Both the position numbers and the translations under genes were made by a program. Below the pieces are notes generated by a model. That model was not told where the DNA came from. It was given only the letters and a program-made list of their open reading frames with translations, and did not search any database. Below, piece by piece: positions 27,249 through 43,400 of a stretch of 64,000 nt of DNA; position 1 is the stretch's first letter; each line of letters opens with the position of its first letter. Source of the stretch: Heterodontus francisci (lineage: Eukaryota). Location of the stretch: NCBI RefSeq assembly GCF_036365525.1, contig NC_090378.1, positions 119,273,593-119,337,592 of the forward strand. Direction: 5' to 3'.

Positions 27249-30200
27249 AATGTGTGTCCATTATTATATATTATATATAACTGTGGGATGTGTCAGTACA
27301 GGAAGTGGGAATGTGTATCCATTATTATATATTATATATAACTGTGGGATGTGTCAGTACAGGAAGTGGGAATGTGTTTCCATTATTATATATTATATAT
27401 AACTGTGGGATGTTTCAGTACAGGAGGTGGGAATGTGTGTCCATTATTATATATTATATATAACTGTGGGATGTGTCAGTACAGGAAGTGGGAATGTGTA
27501 TCCATTATTATATATTATATATAACTGTGGGATGTGTCAGTACAGGAAGTGGGAATGTGTATCCATTATTATATATTATATATAACTGTGGGATGTTTCA
27601 GTACAGGAGGTGGGAATATGTGTCCATTATTATATATTATATATAACTGTGGGATGTGTCAGTACAGGAAGTGGGAATGTGTATCCATTATTATATATTA
27701 TATATAACTGTGGGATGTTTCAGTACAGGAGGTGGGAATGTGTGTCCATTATTATATATTATACATAACTGTGCGATGTGTCAGTACAGGAAGTGGGAAT
27801 GTGTATCCATTATTATATATTATATATAACTGTGGGATGTTTCAATACAGGAGGTGGGAATGTGTGTCCATCATTATATATTATATATAACTGTGGGATG
27901 TGTCAGTACAGGAAGTGGGAATGTGTATCCATTATTATATATTATATATAACTGTGGGATGTTTCAGTACAGGAGGTGGGAATGTGTGTCCATTATTATA
28001 TATTATATATAACTGTGCGATGTGTCAGTACAGGAAGTGGGAATGTGTATCCATTATTATATATTATATATAACTGTGGGATGTTTCAATACAGGAGGTG
28101 GGAATGTGTGTCCATTATTATATATTATATATAACTGTGGGATGTGTCAGTACAGGAAGTGGGAATGTGTATCCATCATTATATATTATATATAACTGTG
28201 GGATGTGTCAGTACAGGAAGTGGGAATGTGTATCCATTATTATATATTATATGTAACTGTGGGATGTTTCAGTACAGGAGGTGGGAATGTGTGTCCATTA
28301 TTATATATTATATATAACTGTGGGATGTGTCAGTACAGGAAGTGGGAATGTGTATCCATTATTATATATTATATATAACTGTGGGATGTTTCAGTACAGG
28401 AGGTGGGAATGTGTGTCCATTATTATATATTATATATAACTGTGGGATGTGTCAGTACAGGAAGTGGGAATGTGTATCCATTATTATATATTATATATAA
28501 CTGTGGGATGTGTCAGTACAGGAAGTGGGAATGTGTATCCATTATAATATATTATATATAACTGTGGGATGTTTCAGTACAGGAGGTGGGAATGTGTGTC
28601 CATTATTATATATTATATATAACTGTGGGATGTGTCAGTACAGGAAGTGGGAATGTGTATCCATTATTATATATTATATATAACTGTGGGATGTGTCAGT
28701 ACAGGAAGTGGGAATGTGTATCCATTATTATATATTATATATAACTGTGGGATGTTTCAGTACAGGAGGTGGGAATGTGTGTCCATTATTATATATTACA
28801 TAGAACTGTGCGATGTGTCAGTACAGGAAGTGGGAATGTGTATCCATTATTATATGTAATATATAACTGTGGGATGTGTCAGTACAGGAAGTGGGAATGT
28901 GTATCCATTATTATATCTTATATATAACTGTGGGATGTGTCAGTACAGGAAGTGGGAATGTCTATCCATTATTATATATTATATATAACTGTGGGACGTG
29001 TCAGTACAGGATGTGGGAATGTGTATCCATTATTATATATTATATATAACTGTGGGATGTGTCAGTACAGGAGGTGGGAATGTGTATCCATTATTATATA
29101 CTATATATAACTGTGGGACGTGTCAGTACAGGAAGTGGGAATGTGTATCCATTATTATATATTATATATAACTGTGGGATGTGTCAGTACAGGAAGTGGG
29201 AATGTGTATCCATTATTATATATTATATATAACTGGGATGTTTCAGTACAGGAGGTGGGAATGTGTGTCCTTTATTATATATTATATATAACTGTGGGAT
29301 GTGTCAGTACAGGAAGTGGGAATGTGTATCCATTATTATATATTATATTTAACTGTGGGATGTGTCAGTACAGGAAGTGGGAATGTGTATCCATTATTAT
29401 ATATTATATATAACTGTGGGATGTTTCAGTACAGGAGGTGGGAATGTGTGTCCATTATTATATATTATATATAACTGTGGGATGTGTCAGTACAGGAAGT
29501 GGGAATGTGTATCCATTATTATATATTATATATAACTGTGGGATGTGTCAGTACAGGAAGTGGGAATGTGTTTCCATTATTATATATTATATATAACTGT
29601 GGGATGTTTCAGTACAGGAGGTGGGAATGTGTGTCCATTATTATATATTATATATAACTGTGGGATGTGTCAGTACAGGAAGTGGGAATGTGTATCCATT
29701 ATTATATATTATATATAACTGTGGGATGTGTCAGTACAGGAAGTGGGAATGTGTATCCATTATTATATATTATATATAACTGTGGGATGTTTCAGTACAG
29801 GAGGTGGGAATATGTGTCCATTATTATATATTATATATAACTGTGGGATGTGTCAGTACAGGAAGTGGTAATGTGTATCCATTATTATATATGATATATA
29901 ACTGTGGGATGTTTCAGTACAGGAGGTGGGAATGTGTGTCCATTATTATATATTATATATAACTGTGCGATGTGTCAGTACAGGAAGTGGGAATGTGTAT
30001 CCATTATTATATATTATATATAACTGTGGGATGTTTCAATACAGGAGGTGGGAATGTGTGTCCATTATTATATATTATATATAACTGTGGGACGTGTCAG
30101 TACAGGATGTGGGAATGTGTATCCATTATTATATATTATATATAACTGTGGGATGTGTCAGTACAGGAGGTGGGAATGTGTATCCATTATTATATATTAT

Positions 30201-33200
30201 ATATAACTGTGGGATGTGTCAGTACAGGAAGTGGGAATGTGTATCCATTATTATGTACTATATATAACTGTGGGACGTGTCAGTACAGGATGTGGGAATG
30301 TGTATCCATTATTATATATTATATATAACTGTGGGATGTTTCAGTACAGGAGGTGGGAATATGTGTCCATTATTATATATTATATATAACTGTGGGATGT
30401 GTCAGTACAGGAAGTGGGAATGTGTATCCATTATTATGTACTATATATAACTGTGGGACGTGTCAGTACAGGAAGTGGGAATGTGTATCCATTATTATAT
30501 GTAATATATAACTGTGGGATGTGTCAGTACAGGAAGTGGGAATGTGTATCCATTATTATATCTTATATATAACTGTGGGATGTGTCAGTACAGGAAGTGG
30601 GAATGTCTATCCATTATTATATATTATATATAACTGTGGGACGTGTCAGTACAGGATGTGGGAATGTGTATCCATTATTATATATTATATATAACTGTGG
30701 GATGTGTCAGTACAGGAGGTGGGAATGTGTATCCATTATTATATACTATATATAACTGTGGGACGTGTCAGTACAGGAAGTGGGAATGTGTATCCATTAT
30801 TATATATTATATATAACTGTGGGATGTGTCAGTACAGGAAGTGGGAATGTGTATCCATTATTATATATTATATATAACTGGGATGTTTCAGTACAGGAGG
30901 TGGGAATGTGTGTCCTTTATTATATATTATATATAACTGTGGGATGTGTCAGTACAGGAAGTGGGAATGTGTATCCATTATTATATATTATATTTAACTG
31001 TGGGATGTGTCAGTACAGGAAGTGGGAATGTGTATCCATTATTATATATTATATATAACTGTGGGATGTTTCAGTACAGGAGGTGGGAATGTGTGTCCAT
31101 TATTATATATTATATATAACTGTGGGATGTGTCAGTACAGGAAGTGGGAATGTGTATCCATTATTATATATTATATATAACTGTGGGATGTGTCAGTACA
31201 GGAAGTGGGAATGTGTTTCCATTATTATATATTATATATAACTGTGGGATGTTTCAGTACAGGAGGTGGGAATGTGTGTCCATTATTATATATTATATAT
31301 AACTGTGGGATGTGTCAGTACAGGAAGTGGGAATGTGTATCCATTATTATATATTATATATAACTGTGGGATGTGTCAGAACAGGAAGTGGGAATGTGTA
31401 TCCATTATTATATATTATATATAACTGTGGGATGTTTCAGTACAGGAGGTGGGAATATGTGTCCATTATTATATATTATATATAACTGTGGGATGTGTCA
31501 GTACAGGAAGTGGGAATGTGTATCCATTATTATATATTATATATAACTGTGGGATGTGTCAGTACAGGAGGTGGGAATGTGTATCCATTATTATATACTA
31601 TATATAACTGTGGGACGTGTCAGTACAGGAAGTGGGAATGTGTATCCATTATTATATATTATATATAACTGTGGGATGTTTCAGTACAGGAGGTGGGAAT
31701 ATGTGTCCATTATTATATATTATATATAACTGTGGGATGTGTCAGTACAGGAAGTGGGAATGTGTATCCATCATTATATATTATATATAACTGTGGGATG
31801 TGTCAGTACAGGAAGTGGGAATGTGTATCCATTATTATATATTATATATAACTGTGGGATGTTTCAGTACAGGAGGTGGGAATGTGTGTCCATTATTATA
31901 TATTATATATAACTGTGGGATGTGTCAGTACAGGAAGTGGGAATGTGTATCCATTATTATATATTATATATAACTGTGGGATGTTTCAGTACAGGAGGTG
32001 GGAATGTGTGTCCATTATTATATATTATATATAACTGTGGGATGTGTCAGTACAGGAAGTGGGAATGTGTATCCATTATTATATATTATATATAACTGTG
32101 GGATGTGTCAGTACAGGAAGTGGGAATGTGTATCCATTATTATATATTATATATAACTGTGGGATGTGTCAGTACAGGAAGTGGGAATGTGTATCCATTA
32201 TAATATATTATATATAACTGTGGGATGTTTCAGTACAGGAGGTGGGAATGTGTGTCCTTTATTATATATTATATATAACTGTGGGATGTTTCAGTACAGG
32301 AAGTGGTAATGTGTGTCCATTATTATATATTATATATAACTGTGGGATGTGTCAGTACAGGAAGTGGGAATGTGTATCCATTATTATATATTATATATAA
32401 CTGTGGGATGTGTCAGTACAGGAAGTGGGAATGTGTTTCCATTATTATATATTATATATAACTGTGGGATGTTTCAGTACAGGAGGTGGGAATGTGTGTC
32501 CATTATTATATATTATATATAACTGTGGGATGTGTCAGTACAGGAAGTGGGAATGTGTATCCATTATTATATATTATATATAACTGTGGGATGTGTCAGT
32601 ACAGGAAGTGGGAATGTGTATCCATTATTATATATTATATATAACTGTGGGATGTTTCAGTACAGGAGGTGGGAATATGTGTCCATTATTATATATTATA
32701 TATAACTGTGGGATGTGTCAGTACAGGAAGTGGGAATGTGTATCCATTATTATATATTATATATAACTGTGGGATGTTTCAGTACAGGAGGTGGGAATGT
32801 GTGTCCATTATTATATATTATACATAACTGTGCGATGTGTCAGTACAGGAAGTGGGAATGTGTATCCATTATTATATATTATATATAACTGTGGGATGTT
32901 TCAATACAGGAGGTGGGAATGTGTGTCCATCATTATATATTATATATAACTGTGGGATGTGTCAGTACAGGAAGTGGGAATGTGTATCCATTATTATATA
33001 TTATATATAACTGTGGGATGTTTCAGTACAGGAGGTGGGAATGTGTGTCCATTATTATATATTATATATAACTGTGCGATGTGTCAGTACAGGAAGTGGG
33101 AATGTGTATCCATTATTATATATTATATATAACTGTGGGATGTTTCAATACAGGAGGTGGGAATGTGTGTCCATTATTATATATTATATATAACTGTGGG

Positions 33201-36200
33201 ATGTGTCAGTACAGGAAGTGGGAATGTGTATCCATCATTATATATTATATATAACTGTGGGATGTGTCAGTACAGGAAGTGGGAATGTGTATCCATTATT
33301 ATATATTATATGTAACTGTGGGATGTTTCAGTACAGGAGGTGGGAATGTGTGTCCATTATTATATATTATATATAACTGTGGGATGTGTCAGTACAGGAA
33401 GTGGGAATGTGTATCCATTATTATATATTATATATAACTGTGGGATGTTTCAGTACAGGAGGTGGGAATGTGTGTCCATTATTATATATTATATATAACT
33501 GTGGGATGTGTCAGTACAGGAAGTGGGAATGTGTATCCATTATTATATATTATATATAACTGTGGGATGTGTCAGTACAGGAAGTGGGAATGTGTATCCA
33601 TTATTATATATTATATATAACTGTGGGATGTTTCAGTACAGGAGGTGGGAATGTGTGTCCATTATTATATATTATATATAACTGTGGGATGTGTCAGTAC
33701 AGGAAGTGGGAATGTGTATCCATTATTATATATTATATATAACTGTGGGATGTGTCAGTACAGGAAGTGGGAATGTGTATCCATTATAATATATTATATA
33801 TAACTGTGGGATGTTTCAGTACAGGAGGTGGGAATGTGTGTCCATTATTATATATTATATATAACTGTGGGATGTGTCAGTACAGGAAGTGGGAATGTGT
33901 ATCCATTATTATATATTATATATAACTGTGGGATGTGTCAGTACAGGAAGTGGGAATGTGTATCCATTATTATATATTATATATAACTGTGGGATGTTTC
34001 AGTACAGGAGGTGGGAATGTGTGTCCATTATTATATATTACATAGAACTGTGCGATGTGTCAGTACAGGAAGTGGGAATGTGTATCCATTATTATATGTA
34101 ATATATAACTGTGGGATGTGTCAGTACAGGAAGTGGGAATGTGTATCCATTATTATATCTTATATATAACTGTGGGATGTGTCAGTACAGGAAGTGGGAA
34201 TGTCTATCCATTATTATATATTATATATAACTGTGGGACGTGTCAGTACAGGATGTGGGAATGTGTATCCATTATTATATATTATATATAACTGTGGGAT
34301 GTGTCAGTACAGGAGGTGGGAATGTGTATCCATTATTATATACTATATATAACTGTGGGACGTGTCAGTACAGGAAGTGGGAATGTGTATCCATTATTAT
34401 ATATTATATATAACTGTGGGATGTGTCAGTACAGGAAGTGGGAATGTGTATCCATTATTATATATTATATATAACTGGGATGTTTCAGTACAGGAGGTGG
34501 GAATGTGTGTCCTTTATTATATATTATATATAACTGTGGGATGTGTCAGTACAGGAAGTGGGAATGTGTATCCATTATTATATATTATATTTAACTGTGG
34601 GATGTGTCAGTACAGGAAGTGGGAATGTGTATCCATTATTATATATTATATATAACTGTGGGATGTTTCAGTACAGGAGGTGGGAATGTGTGTCCATTAT
34701 TATATATTATATATAACTGTGGGATGTGTCAGTACAGGAAGTGGGAATGTGTATCCATTATTATATATTATATATAACTGTGGGATGTGTCAGTACAGGA
34801 AGTGGGAATGTGTTTCCATTATTATATATTATATATAACTGTGGGATGTTTCAGTACAGGAGGTGGGAATGTGTGTCCATTATTATATATTATATATAAC
34901 TGTGGGATGTGTCAGTACAGGAAGTGGGAATGTGTATCCATTATTATATATTATATATAACTGTGGGATGTGTCAGTACAGGAAGTGGGAATGTGTATCC
35001 ATTATTATATATTATATATAACTGTGGGATGTTTCAGTACAGGAGGTGGGAATATGTGTCCATTATTATATATTATATATAACTGTGGGATGTGTCAGTA
35101 CAGGAAGTGGTAATGTGTATCCATTATTATATATGATATATAACTGTGGGATGTTTCAGTACAGGAGGTGGGAATGTGTGTCCATTATTATATATTATAT
35201 ATAACTGTGCGATGTGTCAGTACAGGAAGTGGGAATGTGTATCCATTATTATATATTATATATAACTGTGGGATGTTTCAATACAGGAGGTGGGAATGTG
35301 TGTCCATTATTATATATTATATATAACTGTGGGACGTGTCAGTACAGGATGTGGGAATGTGTATCCATTATTATATATTATATATAACTGTGGGATGTGT
35401 CAGTACAGGAGGTGGGAATGTGTATCCATTATTATATATTATATATAACTGTGGGATGTGTCAGTACAGGAAGTGGGAATGTGTATCCATTATTATGTAC
35501 TATATATAACTGTGGGACGTGTCAGTACAGGATGTGGGAATGTGTATCCATTATTATATATTATATATAACTGTGGGATGTTTCAGTACAGGAGGTGGGA
35601 ATATGTGTCCATTATTATATATTATATATAACTGTGGGATGTGTCAGTACAGGAAGTGGGAATGTGTATCCATTATTATGTACTATATATAACTGTGGGA
35701 CGTGTCAGTACAGGAAGTGGGAATGTGTATCCATTATTATATGTAATATATAACTGTGGGATGTGTCAGTACAGGAAGTGGGAATGTGTATCCATTATTA
35801 TATCTTATATATAACTGTGGGATGTGTCAGTACAGGAAGTGGGAATGTCTATCCATTATTATATATTATATATAACTGTGGGACGTGTCAGTACAGGATG
35901 TGGGAATGTGTATCCATTATTATATATTATATATAACTGTGGGATGTGTCAGTACAGGAGGTGGGAATGTGTATCCATTATTATATACTATATATAACTG
36001 TGGGACGTGTCAGTACAGGAAGTGGGAATGTGTATCCATTATTATATATTATATATAACTGTGGGATGTGTCAGTACAGGAAGTGGGAATGTGTATCCAT
36101 TATTATATATTATATATAACTGGGATGTTTCAGTACAGGAGGTGGGAATGTGTGTCCTTTATTATATATTATATATAACTGTGGGATGTGTCAGTACAGG

Positions 36201-37488
36201 AAGTGGGAATGTGTATCCATTATTATATATTATATTTAACTGTGGGATGTGTCAGTACAGGAAGTGGGAATGTGTATCCATTATTATATATTATATATAA
36301 CTGTGGGATGTTTCAGTACAGGAGGTGGGAATGTGTGTCCATTATTATATATTATATATAACTGTGGGATGTGTCAGTACAGGAAGTGGGAATGTGTATC
36401 CATTATTATATATTATATATAACTGTGGGATGTGTCAGTACAGGAAGTGGGAATGTGTTTCCATTATTATATATTATATATAACTGTGGGATGTTTCAGT
36501 ACAGGAGGTGGGAATGTGTGTCCATTATTATATATTATATATAACTGTGGGATGTGTCAGTACAGGAAGTGGGAATGTGTATCCATTATTATATATTATA
36601 TATAACTGTGGGATGTGTCAGAACAGGAAGTGGGAATGTGTATCCATTATTATATATTATATATAACTGTGGGATGTTTCAGTACAGGAGGTGGGAATAT
36701 GTGTCCATTATTATATATTATATATAACTGTGGGATGTGTCAGTACAGGAAGTGGGAATGTGTATCCATTATTATATATTATATATAACTGTGGGATGTG
36801 TCAGTACAGGAGGTGGGAATGTGTATCCATTATTATATACTATATATAACTGTGGGACGTGTCAGTACAGGAAGTGGGAATGTGTATCCATTATTATATA
36901 TTATATATAACTGTGGGATGTGTCAGTACAGGAAGTGGGAATGTGTATCCATCATTATATATTATATATAACTGTGGGATGTGTCAGTACAGGAAGTGGG
37001 AATGTGTATCCATTATTATATATTATATATAACTGTGGGATGTTTCAGTACAGGAGGTGGGAATGTGTGTCCATTATTATATATTATATATAACTGTGGG
37101 ATGTGTCAGTACAGGAAGTGGGAATGTGTATCCATTATTATATATTATATATAACTGTGGGATGTTTCAGTACAGGAGGTGGGAATGTGTGTCCATTATT
37201 ATATATTATATATAACTGTGGGATGTGTCAGTACAGGAAGTGGGAATGTGTATCCATTATTATATATTATATATAACTGTGGGATGTGTCAGTACAGGAA
37301 GTGGGAATGTGTATCCATTATTATATATTATATATAACTGTGGGATGTGTCAGTACAGGAAGTGGGAATGTGTATCCATTATAATATATTATATATAACT
37401 GTGGGATGTTTCAGTACAGGAGGTGGGAATGTGTGTCCTTTATTATATATTATATATAACTGTGGGATGTTTCAGTACAGGAAGTGGT
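27249..37488. repeat. ~5.1-kb tandem duplication (27249-32307 / 32308-37488)
   Basis: Shared private variants: ATACATAACTGTGCG (27764/32823, offset 5059), TCAGAACAGG (31380/36622, offset 5242), GGTAAT in a TTTCAG monomer (32307/37488, offset 5181). The offsets differ by whole monomers (+3, then -1). Confidence 0.8.
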
Positions 37489-40400
37489 AATGTGTATCCA
37501 TTATTATATATGATATATAACTGTGGGATGTTTCAGTACAGGAGGTGGGAATGTGTGTCCATTATTATATATTATATAGAACTGTGCGATGTGTCAGTAC
37601 AGGAAGTGGGAATGTGTATCCATTATTATATATTATATATAACTGTGGGATGTTTCAATACAGGAGGTGGGAATGTGTGTCCATTATTATATATTATATA
37701 TAACTGTGGGATGTGTCAGTACAGGAAGTGGGAATGTGTATCCATCATTATATATTATATATAACTGTGGGATGTGTCAGTACAGGAAGTGGGAATGTGT
37801 ATCCATTATTATATATTATATATAACTGTGGGATGTTTCAGTACAGGAGGTGGGAATGTGTGTCCATTATTATATATTATATATAACTGTGGGATGTTTC
37901 AGTACAGGAGGTGGGAATGTGTATCCATCATTATATAGTATATATAACTGTGGGATGTGTCAGTACAGGAAGTGGGAATGTGTATCCATTATTATATATT
38001 ATATATAACTGTGGGATGTGTCAGTACAGGAAGTGGGAATGTGTATCCATTATTATATATTATATATAACTGTGGGATGTTTCAGTACAGGAGGTGGGAA
38101 TGTGTGTCCATTATTATATATTACATAGAACTGTGCGATGTGTCAGTACAGGAAGTGGGAATGTGTATCCATTATTATATATTATATACAACTGTGGGAT
38201 GTTTCAATACAGGAGGTGGGAATGTGTGTCCATTATTATGTATTATATATAACTGTGGGATGTGTCAGTACATGAAGTGGGAATGTGTATCCATCATTAT
38301 ATATTATATATAACTGTGGGATGTGTCAGTACAGGAAGTGGGAATGTGTATCCATTATTATATATTATATATAACTGTGGGATGTTTCAGTACAGGAGGT
38401 GGGAATGTGTATCCATTATTATGTACTATATATAACTGTGGGACGTGTCAGTACAGGAAGTGGGAATGTGTATCCATTATTATATGTAATATATAACTGT
38501 GGGATGTGTCAGTACAGGAAGTGGGAATGTGTATCCATTATTATATCTTATATATAACTGTGGGATGTGTCAGTACAGGAAGTGGGAATGTCTATCCATT
38601 ATTATATATTATATATAACTGTGGGACGTGTCAGTACAGGATGTGGGAATGTGTATCCATTATTATATATTATATATAACTGTGGGATGTGTCAGTACAG
38701 GAGGTGGGAATGTGTATCCATTATTATATACTATATATAACTGTGGGACGTGTCAGTACAGGAAGTGGGAATGTGTATCCATTATTATATATTATATATA
38801 ACTGTGGGATGTGTCAGTACAGGAAGTGGGAATGTGTATCCATTATTATATATTATATATAACTGGGATGTTTCAGTACAGGAGGTGGGAATGTGTGTCC
38901 TTTATTATATATTATATATAACTGTGGGATGTGTCAGTACAGGAAGTGGGAATGTGTATCCATTATTATATATTATATTTAACTGTGGGATGTGTCAGTA
39001 CAGGAAGTGGGAATGTGTATCCATTATTATATATTATATATAACTGTGGGATGTTTCAGTACAGGAGGTGGGAATGTGTGTCCATTATTATATATTATAT
39101 ATAACTGTGGGATGTGTCAGTACAGGAAGTGGGAATGTGTATCCATTATTATATATTATATATAACTGTGGGATGTGTCAGTACAGGAAGTGGGAATGTG
39201 TTTCCATTATTATATGTTATATATAACTGTGGGATGTTTCAGTACAGGAGGTGGGAATGTGTGTCCATTATTATATATTATATATAACTGTGGGATGTGT
39301 CAGTACAGGAAGTGGGAATGTGTGTCCATTATTATATATTATATATAACTGTGGGATGTGTCAGTACAGGAAGTGGGAATGTGTATCCATTATTATATAT
39401 TATATATAACTGTGGGATGTTTCAGTACAGGAGGTGGGAATATGTGTCCATTATTATATATTATATATAACTGTGGGATGTGTCAGTACAGGAAGTGGGA
39501 ATGTGTATCCATTATTATATATTATATATAACTGTGGGATGTTTCAGTACAGGAGGTGGGAATGTGTGTCCATTATTATATATTATATATAACTGTGCGA
39601 TGTGTCAGTACAGGAAGTGGGAATGTGTATCCATTATTATATATTATATATAACTGTGGGATGTTTCAATACAGGAGGTGGGAATGTGTGTCCATTATTA
39701 TATATTATATATAACTGTGGGACGTGTCAGTACAGGATATGGGAATGTGTATCCATTATTATATATTATATATAACTGTGGGATGTGTCAGTACAGGAGG
39801 TGGGAATGTGTATCCATTATTATATATTATATATAACTGTGGGATGTGTCAGTACAGGAAGTGGGAATGTGTATCCATTATTATGTACTATATATAACTG
39901 TGGGACGTGTCAGTACAGGAAGTGGGAATGTGTATCCATTATTATATATTATATATAACTGTGGGATGTTTCAGTACAGGAGGTGGGAATATGTGTCCAT
40001 TATTATATATTATATATAACTGTGGGATGTGTCAGTACAGGAAGTGGGAATGTGTATCCATTATTATGTACTATATATAACTGTGGGACGTGTCAGTACA
40101 GGAAGTGGGAATGTGTATCCATTATTATATGTAATATATAACTGTGGGATGTGTCAGTACAGGAAGTGGGAATGTGTATCCATTATTATATCTTATATTA
40201 ACTGTGGGATGTGTCAGTACAGGAAGTGGGAATGTCTATCCATTATTATATATTATATATAACTGTGGGACGTGTCAGTACAGGAAGTGGGAATGTGTAT
40301 CCATTATTATATATTATATATAACTGTGGGATGTGTCAGTACAGGAAGTGGGAATGTGTATCCATTATTATATATTATATATAACTGGGATGTTTCAGTA

Positions 40401-43400
40401 CAGGAGGTGGGAATGTGTGTCCTTTATTATATATTATATATAACTGTGGGATGTGTCAGTACAGGAAGTGGGAATGTGTATCCATTATTATATATTATAT
40501 TTAACTGTGGGATGTGTCAGTACAGGAAGTGGGAATGTGTATCCATTATTATATATTATATATAACTGTGGGATGTTTCAGTACAGGAGGTGGGAATGTG
40601 TGTCCATTATTATATATTATATATAACTGTGGGATGTGTCAGTACAGGAAGTGGGAATGTGTATCCATTATTATATATTATATATAACTGTGGGATGTGT
40701 CAGTACAGGAAGTGGGAATGTGTTTCCATTATTATATATTATATATAACTGTGGGATGTTTCAGTACAGGAGGTGGGAATGTGTGTCCATTATTATATAT
40801 TATATATAACTGTGGGACGTGTCAGTACAGGAAGTGGGAATGTGTGTCCATTATTATATATTATATATAACTGTGGGATGTGTCAGTACAGGAAGTGGGA
40901 ATGTGTATCCATTATTATATATTATATATAACTGGGATGTTTCAGTACAGGAGGTGGGAATGTGTTTCCTTTATTATATATTATATATAACTGTGGGATG
41001 TGTCAGTACAGGAAGTGGGAATGTGTATCCATTATTATATATTATATTTAACTGTGGGATGTGTCAGTACAGGAAGTGGGAATGTGTATCCATTATTATA
41101 TATTATATATAACTGTGGGATGTTTCAGTACAGGAGGTGGGAATGTGTGTCCATTATTATATATTATATATAACTGTGGGATGTGTCAGTACAGGAAGTG
41201 GGAATGTGTATCCATTATTATATATTATATATAACTGTGGGATGTGTCAGTACAGGAAGTGGGAATGTGTTTCCATTATTATATGTTATATATAACTGTG
41301 GGATGTTTCAGTACAGGAGGTGGGAATGTGTGTCCATTATTATATATTATATATAACTGTGGGATGTGTCAGTACAGGAAGTGGGAATGTGTATCCATTA
41401 TTATATATTATATATAACTGTGGGATGTGTCAGTACAGGAAGTGGGAATGTGTATCCATTATTATATATTATATATAACTGTGGGATGTTTCAGTACAGG
41501 AGGTGGGAATATGTGTCCATTATTATATATTATATATAACTGTGGGATGTGTCAGTACAGGAAGTGGGAATGTGTATCCATTATTATATATTATATATAA
41601 CTGTGGGATGTTTCAGTACAGGAGGTGGGAATGTGTGTCCATTATTATATATTATATATAACTGTGCGATGTGTCAGTACAGGAAGTGGGAATGTGTATC
41701 CATTATTATATATTATATATAACTGTGGGATGTTTCAATACAGGAGGTGGGAATGTGTGTCCATTATTATATATTATATATAACTGTGGGACGTGTCAGT
41801 ACAGGATGTGGGAATGTGTATCCATTATTATATATTATATATAACTGTGGGATGTGTCAGTACAGGAGGTGGGAATGTGTATCCATTATTATATATTATA
41901 TATAACTGTAGGATGTGTCAGTACAGGAAGTGGGAATGTGTATCCATTATTATGTACTATATATAACTGTGGGACGTGTCAGTACAGGAAGTGGGAATGT
42001 GTATCCATTATTATATATTATATATAACTGTGGGATGTTTCAGTACAGGAGGTGGGAATATGTGTCCATTATTATATATTATATATAACTGTGGGATGTG
42101 TCAGTACAGGAAGTGGGAATGTGTATCCATTATTATGTAATATATATAACTGTGGGACGTGTCAGTACAGGAAGTGGGAATGTGTATCCATTATTATATG
42201 TAATATATAACTGTGGGATGTGTCAGTACAGGAAGTGGGAATGTGTATCCATTATTATATCTTATATTAACTGTGGGATTTGTCAGTACAGGAAGTGGGA
42301 ATGTCTATCCATTATTATATATTATATATAACTGTGGGACGTGTCAGTACAGGATGTGGGAATGTGTATCCATTATTATATATTATATATAACTGTGGGA
42401 TGTGTCAGTACAGGAGGTGGGAATGTGTATCCATTATTATATACTATATATAACTGTGGGACGTGTCAGTACAGGAAGTGGGAATGTGTATCCATTATTA
42501 TATATTATATATAACTGTGGGATGTGTCAGTACAGGAAGTGGGAATGTGTATCCATTATTATATATTATATATAACTGGGATGTTTCAGTACAGGAGGTG
42601 GGAATGTGTGTCCTTTATTATATATTATATATAACTGTGGGATGTGTCAGTACAGGAAGTGGGAATGTGTATCCATTATTATATATTATATTTAACTGTG
42701 GGATGTGTCAGTACAGGAAGTGGGAATGTGTATCCATTATTATATATTATATATAACTGTGGGATGTTTCAGTACAGGAGGTGGGAATGTGTGTCCATTA
42801 TTATATATTATATATAACTGTGGGATGTGTCAGTACAGGAAGTGGGAATGTGTATCCATTATTATATATTATATATAACTGTGGGATGTGTCAGTACAGG
42901 AAGTGGGAATGTGTTTCCATTATTATATATTATATATAACTGTGGGATGTTTCAGTACAGGAGGTGGGAATGTGTGTCCATTATTATATATTATATATAA
43001 CTGTGGGATGTGTCAGTACAGGAAGTGGGAATGTGTATCCATTATTATATATTATATATAACTGTGGGATGTGTCAGTACAGGAAGTGGGAATGTGTATC
43101 CATTATTATATATTATATATAACTGTGGGATGTTTCAGTACAGGAGGTGGGAATATGTGTCCATTATTATATATTATATATAACTGTGGGATGTGTCAGT
43201 ACAGGAAGTGGGAATGTGTATCCATTATTATATATTATATATAACTGTGGGATGTTTCAGTACAGGAGGTGGGAATGTGTGTCCATTATTATATATTACA
43301 TATAACTGTGCGATGTGTCAGTACAGGAAGTGGGAATGTGTATCCATTATTATATATTATATATAACTGTGGGATGTTTCAATACAGGAGGTGGGAATGT

